Source of the DNA: an uncultured Pirellulaceae bacterium | GTDB taxonomy: Bacteria; Planctomycetota; Planctomycetia; Pirellulales; Pirellulaceae | Direction of reading: 5' to 3' | Assembly (NCBI GenBank): GCA_938010615.1 | Contig: CALLUY010000034.1 | Span: forward strand, 982-64,981 | Length of the DNA stretch: 64,000 nt | Program-made: the position numbers and the translations under genes | In this document: one piece after another, positions 41,701 through 49,930 of the stretch | Layout of the letters: every line of letters begins with the position of its first letter | Position numbering within the stretch: the stretch's first letter is position 1 | The notes under the pieces: generated by a model | Databases searched by the model: none | Told to the model about the DNA's origin: nothing | The model's input: the letters and a program-made list of their open reading frames with translations, nothing else

Positions 41701-42620
41701 TCAGGCGACATGTAGCAAGGTGTTCCGGCAAGCATCCCGGTGAGAGTGAGAGAAATTTCTTCATTGGTTGCTCGAACCAAACCGAAATCCAAAATCTTCA
41801 CTTCGTCAGAACCTTCCTCCAACCAAATATTGGCGGGCTTGATGTCGCGATGAATCAATCCTTCGCCATGAGCCGCGGCGAGGCCGGCTGCGATCTGACT
41901 TCCGATCTGGCGAACTTTGCCAACAGATAATTTTTCACCGCTCGCCATTCGAGACGCCAAAGTTTCCCCGGGAGCCCACTTCATCGCAATGAACGCCATA
42001 CCACTTTCAACGCCGATTTGATAAATCGAAACGACGTTTGGATGGTCCATCGCAGCAGTCGCTTTTGCCTCCGCCAAAAATCGTGCTTTGGCAGAATCAC
42101 CGAGCGAAGGTCGCAGGACTTTCAACGCAACTTGTCGATCAAGGTTGGTGTCAGTCGCCAAATAGACGACTCCACTGCTTCCGGCCCCAAGCAATTCTTC
42201 AATACGAAACGGACCGAAGGTGCCAAGTGAATCCTGGCCTTCTTCATTTCTAAACGCGGCGCAAACTTCCGACGCTCGCGCAGCGAGCAACGACGGATTC
42301 GCACCTGCAAAATCACCTTCAGGCGGATTCGTCGAAGACCAACGCTTGCACTTGTCACGAACCAGTTCAATCGCAGCGTCATCGATCTGGCTCGCCAATT
42401 CATTCGAATCTTCGACGCCAATCGATTCCAATTCGAAACTGAAAGCATCCGCGGCCAGAAAGTCAAAAGTATCAAGACTGCTTAGATCTCGGAGCGTTTC
42501 GTTGCAAGGCTGACAATCCGAAAGATGTAACTCAAGGGTCTCAATCTGACTCTGATTCATGTTGCCGACAAGAAAGTCAGTTAGTTCTTCCTGTTTCGGG
42601 CAACGTTCCGTACTTTGCAT
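38700..42620 (-). CDS. Membrane Ser/Thr kinase with N-terminal HxxxCxxC zinc finger and large extracytoplasmic region
   Basis: HLSDCQPC; GAGSSG, VALK, HRDIKPAN, DFG, GTPCYMSPE; TM; Wza/Wzc-like motifs; carboxypeptidase-regulatory-like repeats; start 42620 or 42632. Confidence 0.93.
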   Translation of the reverse strand: MQSTERCPKQEELTDFLVGNMNQSQIETLELHLSDCQPCNETLRDLSSLDTFDFLAADAFSFELESIGVEDSNELASQIDDAAIELVRDKCKRWSSTNPPEGDFAGANPSLLAARASEVCAAFRNEEGQDSLGTFGPFRIEELLGAGSSGVVYLATDTNLDRQVALKVLRPSLGDSAKARFLAEAKATAAMDHPNVVSIYQIGVESGMAFIAMKWAPGETLASRMASGEKLSVGKVRQIGSQIAAGLAAAHGEGLIHRDIKPANIWLEEGSDEVKILDFGLVRATNEEISLTLTGMLAGTPCYMSPEQARGADLDARSDLFSLGCLLYQMLVGVLPFQGNNILAMLQAVQRDSPQHPHEIDGEVPRDLSALVMNLLQKRPADRPPKASVVSEAIVSLPSQWQFTPTIKPKKPVVANSNAKRIAWGIVALLAACVAGVAAFFSPQIIRIATDQGHLVIETSDPDIKIEVVDSGGGVRVIDLKTEQSIDIKSGAYDLRPISDENSVEIDRETIVMKRGGKEIVRVVRNESAEDESFNIAGVEYSFLDIDADESAVESVPSVDDDDHLLQPGDIVGVYVEGLIEPNASSGRRLYPLIINGGSELTHSELNPIDVRGRKLGDLYSLLRKSTLSGGKDDVPLSARIEVQLLRKCPAVGELPSKDTDVIPFSPSHSWQVMEALRSKELFRSSLLKEFGPRHPSVKVTEKSILETKEFLQEVKFAEKRVLNEKYEQASQLEKEVGQATLRSIETGGPSVFPEKNREINLLHKELVELEKAQLVNDLNWILLQDQIPYGLNRDERHLFMQDRIDAIRKRAKKKISQYSVEMKAGKEKGWSEEVHPRAVLLKSYSKLIPNIVKNLESGEVVDFNHQSANQSSVQRSGDLNESNSVSVQVTFLADRTKRPISGVVFRLYRTSTEAPRNELVTESVSDENGKVMLHNLPFRHSNYRYFLLARAEGYATQRVPLQRDQLEKMSLSPAGGVYRVSFVPAATLTGTVLDSEGNPVEGATVFSMFLNGDPIEGFTDAKSDSEGKFEIRDLGPYTARPGQQKWFRIRHPDFGPQYANVTRIPSDVKMKLDTQTLVKFRVVDDESKEPVPGYKVAAQIHDSGLNSTLRVVRPGGWIPAVSDKDGWVKFMAPSTVSYNISHFGNGEQEKYPRSIELRSGRVGSVTLESMKLVKATKVTGIVVDDETGKPVPNVRVGWYGPDRPDSSAAIRIAKAGVDGQFKANVVPGENRFYVYVSGWRTKGMLIRDGDSWMTSDELGKDSKPGFIPVGKSPLHLKIRVEKESAVSRNSPHESNLRDVGDRLKP

Positions 42621-42722
42621 TGCAGCTCTCATTCAAAGACCTAGAAGCAGATAATCACTCTCTACTTAAGACTATGCGCCTGCCGCCAATGTTTAGCATT
42701 TTTGAGAAAGAAATTTTTCCAA

Positions 42723-43286
42723 TTAGTCGAGCAACCCTTCCAACTGCTCACGAAGCAACTCCAAAAACCGGGTTTTCGCGGAGTAAACTGTCCAAACACT
42801 GACCCCGTGTCGTTTCGCAATCGAAGCCGCATGCTCCTTCGTCAACACAAAATCACGAACTGCCGCCCAAGTCGCCGGCTTGAACTCGGGCTCAATCAGA
42901 TTCATCGCTTGAGCCACCAAACGGCGTTTGTACTCGACGTCCCAGATCGACTGAGCTGACTCAGCGACTTTCTCCAAGTCAGATTGACCAACGTGCTCCA
43001 TGGCCAACATCTTTTTGCGACAATGTTCACGATGTCGGTTCAGCGTCACCGTCCGCAACCAACCTCGAAAGCTTTTCGATTCATCGTACTGAAACGTCGG
43101 CAGCTTTTGGAAAACAAGTGCCAACACTTCTTGCACAAGATCAGCCGCATCCTGCGAATTCAATCCCGTTTTTCGGGCCCAGTAAAAAAGAAGCGGCGTA
43201 TAAAGATCGACGAATCGATCCCAAGCCACGGCGTCATCCGCAGTCCGAAGACGGATCAAAAGGCTTTGGGAAGTGCTTTGAGTCAT
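42723..43286 (-). CDS. ECF RNA polymerase sigma factor (kinase-associated planctomycete type)
   Basis: STSQSLL.RL..AWDRFVDLYTPL, DAADLVQEV, SFRGWL, region 4 IAKRHGVSVWTVYSAK. Confidence 0.9.
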   Translation of the reverse strand: MTQSTSQSLLIRLRTADDAVAWDRFVDLYTPLLFYWARKTGLNSQDAADLVQEVLALVFQKLPTFQYDESKSFRGWLRTVTLNRHREHCRKKMLAMEHVGQSDLEKVAESAQSIWDVEYKRRLVAQAMNLIEPEFKPATWAAVRDFVLTKEHAASIAKRHGVSVWTVYSAKTRFLELLREQLEGLLD

Positions 43287-43305
43287 CGTTCCTGTTTGTA
43301 AAAAC

Positions 43306-44715
43306 TTAGCACACCGGCAACTTGAGAAACTCTTTCGCGTTACCGTAGCAAATCCGCTCGACCATGCCACCAACCAATCCAAGGTCGTTTGGAAGCAAAC
43401 CAGATTCGATTTCAGAGCCTAGGAGATTGCACAGAATCCGCCGGAAGTATTCGTGACGCGTGAACGACATGAAGCTGCGTGAGTCCGTCAGCATCCCAAC
43501 GAAACGCGATAGCAAGCCTGTATTCGAAAGCGTGTTCAGCTGCAACAACATGCCTTCCATCTGATCGAGGTACCACCAACCGGAACCAAACTGCATCTTG
43601 CCAGCGGTTCGACCGTCCTGGAAGTTTCCGATCATTGTACTGATCAAATAGTTGTCGCTTGGATTCAAATTGTAAACGATCGTTTTCGGCAATCGATCCT
43701 TCCGATCCAACTCGTCAAAGAACAGGCCCATCGTACGCCCCTGTGGATAGTCGCCGATCGAGTCACATCCAAGGTCGCGACCAACCGCTTCAAACAGTCG
43801 CGTGTTGTTGTTGCGGAAAACGCCAACGTGGAATTGATTCGTCCAATCCTTTTCATGGTCGAGCTCAGCCAAAAACAACAACATGAAAGTAGAAAACGAA
43901 TCGTGCTGCTCCTTGCTTGCGGCCGTGCCAGCCAATGCCGAATCGAAGATTGACTGCGCCTCGTTCTTGTCACAGAACGCTGCTGGCACGAACTGGCATC
44001 CGTGATCTGAAAGGCGGGCTCCCATCGAGTGGAAGAAGTCATGTCGAGCACGAATCGCATCAAGAAACTCTGAAAACGCCCCGACAGTCATTCCGCTGAC
44101 CGACTCCAGTTTCGCGACCCATTTCTTGAATTCGTCCGGTTGATGCACAAACAGAGACCAGTCCGGCCGAAACGCAGGAAAGACTCCAACGTCGAAACTT
44201 TTGTCTTCCGCGATTGCGGCGTGGTGTTCAAGTGAGTCCGTTGGATCGTCGGTGGTGCACAATGCTCGCACGTCAAACTTTTTTAGAATGCCACGAGTCC
44301 GCAAATCGTCCCGCGATTTAATTTGTTCGTTGCATCGATTCCAAATCGATTCAGCGTTTTCCTCCGACAGCAACTCATCAATGTCGAAGAATCGCTTAAG
44401 CTCCAGATGCGTCCAGTGATAGAGCGGATTTCGCAACGTGCGCGGAACTGTCTTTGCGAATGCCAGAAACTTCTCTTTCGCAGAAGCATCTCCGGTGCAA
44501 TGCGATTCGGGAATCCCATTGGCTCGCATCGCTCGCCATTTGTAGTGATCGTGGTCGATCCACATGTCGAAGAGGTTGTCGAACCGCCGATTTTCGGCAA
44601 TGTCCTGAGGCGACAAATGATTGTGGTAGTCAATAATCGGCTGATTTGACGCGTAGTCGTGATATAGCGTCTTGGCAGTCGAATTTTGCAGCAGAAAGTC
44701 GTCGTTAATAAACAT
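43306..44715 (-). CDS. uxaC: Glucuronate (uronate) isomerase
   Basis: PIIDYHNH, DHYKWRAMR, NPLYHWTHLEL, CTTDDP, GSGWWY, GMLTDSRSFMSFTRHEYFRR. Confidence 0.96.
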   Translation of the reverse strand: MFINDDFLLQNSTAKTLYHDYASNQPIIDYHNHLSPQDIAENRRFDNLFDMWIDHDHYKWRAMRANGIPESHCTGDASAKEKFLAFAKTVPRTLRNPLYHWTHLELKRFFDIDELLSEENAESIWNRCNEQIKSRDDLRTRGILKKFDVRALCTTDDPTDSLEHHAAIAEDKSFDVGVFPAFRPDWSLFVHQPDEFKKWVAKLESVSGMTVGAFSEFLDAIRARHDFFHSMGARLSDHGCQFVPAAFCDKNEAQSIFDSALAGTAASKEQHDSFSTFMLLFLAELDHEKDWTNQFHVGVFRNNNTRLFEAVGRDLGCDSIGDYPQGRTMGLFFDELDRKDRLPKTIVYNLNPSDNYLISTMIGNFQDGRTAGKMQFGSGWWYLDQMEGMLLQLNTLSNTGLLSRFVGMLTDSRSFMSFTRHEYFRRILCNLLGSEIESGLLPNDLGLVGGMVERICYGNAKEFLKLPVC

Positions 44716-44806
44716 GGCTTCATCATACATGGACGGCATTGGCAGAGCTATCCGCTTGGAGTCAAATAGCAGATCGACCATCAAGCCCAAACTTTAAGAC
44801 CGCGAC

Positions 44807-45805
44807 ATGCCCAAATTTTTGCTTTTGACTTTTACGTTCATCGCTCTCTTTATTGTTGGATGCGAGAAGCCAAACGCCGCAAAGAAAACGGATCGTGTCG
44901 ATGAGCTTCGAACTGACTCGACCGAAGATTCGCAAATCGATGTCGCCAAGACGTCTCAAGTTCCCGTTTCTGATCCGACTGCAGACGCAAAGAACCCTGC
45001 CATCTCTGGCTCCAACCCGCCGTCAAAAGAAATCCCCAAATCGACCGGCAATGTTCAGTTTAGCCTGAAGTTTTTGTCATGGAACGTTGAATCAGAAGGC
45101 TCGGATCCGGGAACGATCGCGAAAGAACTTGCCGACCTTGGGAGCTACGATCTGATCGCACTTACGGAAGTCCTCCCTGAGGCTGCGACCGATTTCTGTG
45201 CCGCGTTCGGAGACGACTACAACTTCGTCATGTCCGATTCGGGACGCAATGATCGCATGATGCTGATCTACAACAAGAATTCATTGGACTTCGTTCGTAC
45301 TTTTGACTTGGATGACATCAACCCAAAACGTCGTTACCGTAGTCCACTGGTTGGACATTTCAAAGAAAGGCTTTCTGGCAAAGAGCTTTTGGTGATGGTC
45401 AATCACCTTGCTCGAAGCAAGCCAGAATCGCGTCAAGATCAGGCCCAGAAGCTTGTCGAATGGGCACGCAAGCAAACGATGCCGATCATGGCTCTTGGCG
45501 ACTACAATTTCGACTACGAGTTCGACACTCGAAAAGGCAACGAAGCGTTTCGCTTATTCATGAAGGACAATATTTGGCAGTGGGTGGAACCAATCGAACT
45601 AATCGACACCAACTGGTATGACAACCCCGAGGAACCGGATGGCAAAGATGACTATCCAGGCAGCATGCTGGACTTTGGTTTCGTCGCTGGATCGGCGAAA
45701 GAATGGACAACCAGTTGCAAAGTCATCGTTCGCGAAGGTGATTTCCCAGACAACGAAATGACCAGCGACCACCGACCTTTCGAAGTGATCGTTTCCGGAA
45801 AGTAG
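44807..45805 (+). CDS. Lipoprotein endonuclease/exonuclease/phosphatase
   Basis: Lipobox FIVGC; SWNVES, NHLAR, GDYN, SDHRP. Confidence 0.85.
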   Translation: MPKFLLLTFTFIALFIVGCEKPNAAKKTDRVDELRTDSTEDSQIDVAKTSQVPVSDPTADAKNPAISGSNPPSKEIPKSTGNVQFSLKFLSWNVESEGSDPGTIAKELADLGSYDLIALTEVLPEAATDFCAAFGDDYNFVMSDSGRNDRMMLIYNKNSLDFVRTFDLDDINPKRRYRSPLVGHFKERLSGKELLVMVNHLARSKPESRQDQAQKLVEWARKQTMPIMALGDYNFDYEFDTRKGNEAFRLFMKDNIWQWVEPIELIDTNWYDNPEEPDGKDDYPGSMLDFGFVAGSAKEWTTSCKVIVREGDFPDNEMTSDHRPFEVIVSGK

Positions 45806-45817
45806 ATTCGAACTACG

Positions 45818-46777
45818 ATGCAGTCAACTGATTCCGCAAACACGTTCCAAACGTTCCTGTTGATTTTTGCGATGGCGGTCCTTGCCGGCTTTGTCGGCTT
45901 CGTCTTGGGTGGAAAGTACGGATTCTTCGGTGCGGTTCTACTAACCCTGTTTGGTTTGTTCGCAGGACAACGAGCATCCGCGGCGCTGGTGCTTCGCATG
46001 TACAAAGCTCAGCCAATGCATCCACAACAGGCTCCTCAGCTTTTCGAGATCTATCACGAACTCTGTCGCCGCGCAGAACTTTCGCCGTATCCGAAGCTCT
46101 ATTACATCCCGACTCGCATGCCCAACGCGTTCGCAGTCGGAGCAGGGGACTCATCTTCGGTCGCTTTAACCGACGGCATCATTCGCATGATGAATCCGAG
46201 AGAGCTTGCCGGCATACTTGCTCACGAGCTGACCCACGTTCGCTGTCGTGACACGTCTGTCCTGGGAATCGCCGATATCTTTTCTCGCACGATCTCGGTG
46301 CTGTCGCGAGTTGGACTGCTGATGATGTTTCTTTCATTTGGGAGCGTCGCTGCGAAGTCTGGCATTCCATTCTGGACCACCGGAGCGATTCTTTTCTTTT
46401 CGCCAACCATTGCCGTAATGTTGCAACTGGCGTTGTCTCGCACGCGAGAATTCAACGCAGATCGTGGCGCCGCCGAATTGGTCGGGGAGGCACATGGGCT
46501 CGCTTCGGCACTCAAGAAACTGGATCGCGTAACTTCTGGTGGCATGTTGCAAAAGCTTTTGCGTCCCGGGATGCGACGAAAGCAACCGTCCATGCTACGA
46601 ACTCATCCTCCGACGGAAGAGCGAATCGCAGCCTTAATGGAAATTGCCCAAGAGTTAGCAAGCGCCGAGTCGTTGCCTGAAGATATGATTCCTTCAGAGC
46701 GACACATTCCGCCATCTGATCGAGATCGAGTCAGAACGAAACCTCGCTACCACTTCCTCAGCGGGCTCTGGCGATAG
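45818..46777 (+). CDS. htpX: HtpX-like M48 zinc metalloprotease
   Basis: PNAFA, AHELTH, SRTREFNAD, THPPTEERI. Confidence 0.88.
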   Translation: MQSTDSANTFQTFLLIFAMAVLAGFVGFVLGGKYGFFGAVLLTLFGLFAGQRASAALVLRMYKAQPMHPQQAPQLFEIYHELCRRAELSPYPKLYYIPTRMPNAFAVGAGDSSSVALTDGIIRMMNPRELAGILAHELTHVRCRDTSVLGIADIFSRTISVLSRVGLLMMFLSFGSVAAKSGIPFWTTGAILFFSPTIAVMLQLALSRTREFNADRGAAELVGEAHGLASALKKLDRVTSGGMLQKLLRPGMRRKQPSMLRTHPPTEERIAALMEIAQELASAESLPEDMIPSERHIPPSDRDRVRTKPRYHFLSGLWR

Positions 46778-46788
46778 CCGAACAGTGC

Positions 46789-47976
46789 TTAGCCAAAGAT
46801 TGGCAGGGCAGGGTGATCGTCTCCGAGCACCGAAGCTGAATCTACGTCCAGCCACTGATCGAGAATGGTTGCATAGACGCTTCGAAAGTCATGCTGAACC
46901 TTCAAGTCGCCATCAACTAGGTCGGAGAAATCTGGTGCATCGCCCAGCAAGCCTCCCTTAATCGGTGAACCCGCAAGAAAGACTGGGCCCGCAGTACCGT
47001 GGTCGGTTCCCAATGAATCGTTTTCTTCGATGCGACGTCCGAACTCACTGAATGTCATTACGACAACACGATCATCGAGCCCGGCATGTTTCAAATCGTC
47101 CAGGAGCGCCTTGAGCGCATCGGAATATTCACGGAGTAATCTGGAGTGGTCGAATCGCTGGGCCGAGTGAGTGTCGTAGCCGTTCTGCGAAGTGTAAAAG
47201 ACTCGCGTCTGAGCACCACTTTTCAACAGTTGCGAAACAAGCTTCAATTGCGATCCGAGCCGCGTACTGGGATACGCCGCATCTTCTGATTTAGAATTCT
47301 TTTTGCCATTCTTTTCAAATTCCTCTGCAGAAGCGTACGCACTGAGTACTTGCTTCGAAACGAACTGCTCCAGGTCGGCCTTGGCATTTTTCTTTTCTGC
47401 CGAGGATGCAAGATCCATGGCGAGTCGTAGATCTTCTTCACGAGACAACGAAACCGCCTCGCACTGTCGCCCCCACAACGCGACGGGAGTTTCTTGTTGG
47501 CCAATGTAGATAGCATTCTTTTTCCCGACGAATGATTTTTGGTCGAGGGTTCGACCCAGCCAACCATTGTTGTCGTGCTGATCGTCGTCGAAGCTCGCCG
47601 TTTGCCAAATCTTCATGCTGCGAAAATGTGAACGATCCGGATTCGGGTAGCCGACTCCCTGGACGATCGAAAGTCGACCGTCATCAAAAAGTTCTTTTGC
47701 GGACCGCATCGCTGGATGAAGGCCAAGTTGATCATCGACCTTCAAAACGTCCTTGGTTGGGATCTGTAGTTTCTTTCGCGCCCGGCCGTAGGCATCGTCC
47801 GCAAACGGCACGACGGTATTGAGCCCATCGTTGCCACCGTCGAGTTGGATCACAACGAGAACCTTGTCATCGGCGACAGGATTCGCAGCCTTTGCAGTTC
47901 TGCCGAAGACGTATGGCAGCACGGGTGCGAGTGATACGATCGAGCTTCTTTGAAGGAATTTTCTTCGAGAGAACAT
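46789..47976 (-). CDS. DUF1501 protein, Tat-exported
   Basis: SRRKFL Tat motif; LVVIQLDGGNDGLN, NPDRSHFRS, GYDTH, FSEFGRR..EN.S.GTDHG, DFRSVY. Confidence 0.92.
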   Translation of the reverse strand: MFSRRKFLQRSSIVSLAPVLPYVFGRTAKAANPVADDKVLVVIQLDGGNDGLNTVVPFADDAYGRARKKLQIPTKDVLKVDDQLGLHPAMRSAKELFDDGRLSIVQGVGYPNPDRSHFRSMKIWQTASFDDDQHDNNGWLGRTLDQKSFVGKKNAIYIGQQETPVALWGRQCEAVSLSREEDLRLAMDLASSAEKKNAKADLEQFVSKQVLSAYASAEEFEKNGKKNSKSEDAAYPSTRLGSQLKLVSQLLKSGAQTRVFYTSQNGYDTHSAQRFDHSRLLREYSDALKALLDDLKHAGLDDRVVVMTFSEFGRRIEENDSLGTDHGTAGPVFLAGSPIKGGLLGDAPDFSDLVDGDLKVQHDFRSVYATILDQWLDVDSASVLGDDHPALPIFG

Positions 47977-48012
47977 GGTTCACCTTTCATCATCGATTAT
48001 TTGTTGCCACTA

Positions 48013-48336
48013 ACAATACAACCCCGAAGCGCAAGCGAGTGATCGCTCACAATACAAGCCCGAAGCGCAAGCGAGTGATCGCTCACAATACAAGCCCGAA
48101 GCGCAAGCGAGTGGTCGCCCACAATACAAGCCCGAAGCGCAAGCGAGTGATCACTCACAATACAAGCCCGAAGCGCAAGCGAGTGATCACTCACAATACA
48201 AGCCCGAAGCGCAAGCGAGTGATCGCTCACAATACAAGCCCGAAGCGCAAGCGAGTGATCACTGTAGATGTCGATATTCGGATCCGGAACTTCGGTTATT
48301 GCAAACGACCACTCGCTTGCGCTTCGGGCTTGTATT
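48013..48336. repeat. Seven 36-bp tandem REP-like units plus one inverted copy
   Basis: ACAATACAAGCCCGAAGCGCAAGCGAGTGATCGCTC at 48013+36n (n=0-6); inverted arm 48310-48336. Confidence 0.95.
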
Positions 48337-48347
48337 CATTCGCTCAA

Positions 48348-49685
48348 CTACGCCAGTTGATGCTCCGCCCGCGAAAGCAGCAACGAAGCCGCCTCGGGAA
48401 GTGAAGCATCTTTCATTGAATTCATCTTCGAAACAGTTTCTTCGATCACATCGCTTGGAGCTTCGCCCCAGAGTAACGTTGCCAGCCATTTGATTCGTTC
48501 ATTCGGATCAGCGCCATGTCGATCGGCTAACTGATCCAAACTAGGAACACGTGCCGGATGCCAGAGCTGACCAGTCGACAACGCGTTCGCAAAATTGGCT
48601 CGTGCGATGATTGAACGAGAATTGAGCCACGATCTTCCTTCGTTCCAGCCACCAACGTTGGGCGGGTAAAACAAATCCTGTCCAATCCTCTCGGACCACT
48701 GCGCCAAAATCATCGAACTCGGCGGAGTTTCACTAAGCTCCAGGCAGCGAATCGCTCCAACGATGTATTCGATCGGCCCGAGAACTCTCGAACCAATATT
48801 TGCGTCACTGAAAAACAGTTCCGAACGCAGCACGGTCTCGATCGCCCACCCGAGGTTCAAATTGTTCTCAGTCAACCCATCGGCAAGGTCATTCGCTGCA
48901 GTTTTCGACACGACACCTTCGCCCATGAACGTTTTGCATAGACGCCAGGCAAGTCGTTTGGCAGTCGATGGATGACCAAGCAACATTTTCAAAAGCTGAT
49001 CGCCGTCAAAAGGCTGAGTCTTGCCGAGGATCGTCAATTCACCGTCGTCATGGCGAGCCTTCCTGTTTTCAAATCGATCGCCAATCACGCTCCAACCCGT
49101 TAAAGCTCGGGCGGACTCTTTTACATCGGTCTCAGTGAACTCTCCGACACCGAGCGTAAACAATTCCAGCATTTCCCTTGCGAGATTTTCGTTCGCTTTG
49201 CCTTTTCGGTTGGAGTCCGCGTCGAGCCACAACATCATGGCTGGATGCTTGACAACGCTGGAGAGCAACTCGCCGAATTGACCGCGGCCATACCTGCGAA
49301 ACAATTCGTTTTGCTCACGCATCAAACGTAGATCCTTTACTTTACGATTGCTAGTCGCAAAATGGTTGTGCCACATCAATGCAAGTCGCTCACCAAGCGG
49401 ATCGGATGTCGTCACCATTCGATAAAGCCACCACGCTTTGAGCCGCTGAGGATTGCTGGAAGCGATCGCGGCATCACCAATCGTTTCCGCCATCGCATCG
49501 AGATCGTTTGGAGCATCAACGGCGTTGCCATTGAGCAATCGCGAAACCGAAGCATCCGGACCAGCGCCCAAGTCACGTTGAATGACGGACCACGAAGCGG
49601 CGAAGCCTGCGCGACGATGTAGATGCACGACACGCCGAAGGTTCCACGGCGCGTCAGCAGTTGGTTGATATGGTGACCAATTCAT
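48348..49685 (-). CDS. DUF1800 protein
   Basis: HLHRRAGF, MWHNHFAT, PAMMLWLD, NENLAREMLELFTLG, ARALTGW, PPNVGGW. Confidence 0.92.
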   Translation of the reverse strand: MNWSPYQPTADAPWNLRRVVHLHRRAGFAASWSVIQRDLGAGPDASVSRLLNGNAVDAPNDLDAMAETIGDAAIASSNPQRLKAWWLYRMVTTSDPLGERLALMWHNHFATSNRKVKDLRLMREQNELFRRYGRGQFGELLSSVVKHPAMMLWLDADSNRKGKANENLAREMLELFTLGVGEFTETDVKESARALTGWSVIGDRFENRKARHDDGELTILGKTQPFDGDQLLKMLLGHPSTAKRLAWRLCKTFMGEGVVSKTAANDLADGLTENNLNLGWAIETVLRSELFFSDANIGSRVLGPIEYIVGAIRCLELSETPPSSMILAQWSERIGQDLFYPPNVGGWNEGRSWLNSRSIIARANFANALSTGQLWHPARVPSLDQLADRHGADPNERIKWLATLLWGEAPSDVIEETVSKMNSMKDASLPEAASLLLSRAEHQLA

Positions 49686-49719
49686 TCTGTTCTCCGGAAA
49701 AGTACCATGATTCTCCGAG

Positions 49720-49861
49720 GCGGTGATTTTTTCAAAATTCGTAAATTTGTAGGCCGGACCAAGGAGCGTCAGCGACGCAGTTCCGGCATTTTACGGCGAT
49801 TCACGATTGCCGGAGCAGCGCCGCTAAGGCGTCTTGGTCCGGCCTACACGAAAATCACACC
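49720..49861. mobile_element. 142-bp MITE-like shell carrying a GTAG REP doublet
   Basis: 9-bp direct repeat TTCTCCGAG at 49711-49719 and 49862-49870; imperfect TIR GCGGTGATTTT / AAAATCACACC; inner TGTAGGCCGGACCAAG...CTTGGTCCGGCCTACA. Confidence 0.72.
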
Positions 49862-49930
49862 TTCTCCGAGTCGTTCTGTATTGATGAAACGACTTGGAAA
49901 GCCGCAGCACATTTTGTTTTCAAAACCCTT

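Noticed and set aside
42650-42700. ECF-type promoter between the sigma and kinase genes (TAAAC...GTCTTA)
   Set aside because: The spacer is slightly long and there is no consensus to test against; needs alignment with paralogous loci
48013-48263. CRISPR array
   Set aside because: 36-bp units are head-to-tail with no unique spacers, an inverted copy follows, the same motif is dispersed elsewhere and there are no cas genes
47892-48404. ORFs with HNTSPKRKRVIA or SDHSLALRACIV repeats, and similar ORFs at 1721-2435, 6305-6850 and 60932-61366
   Set aside because: These are translations of REP/MITE DNA, not plausible proteins
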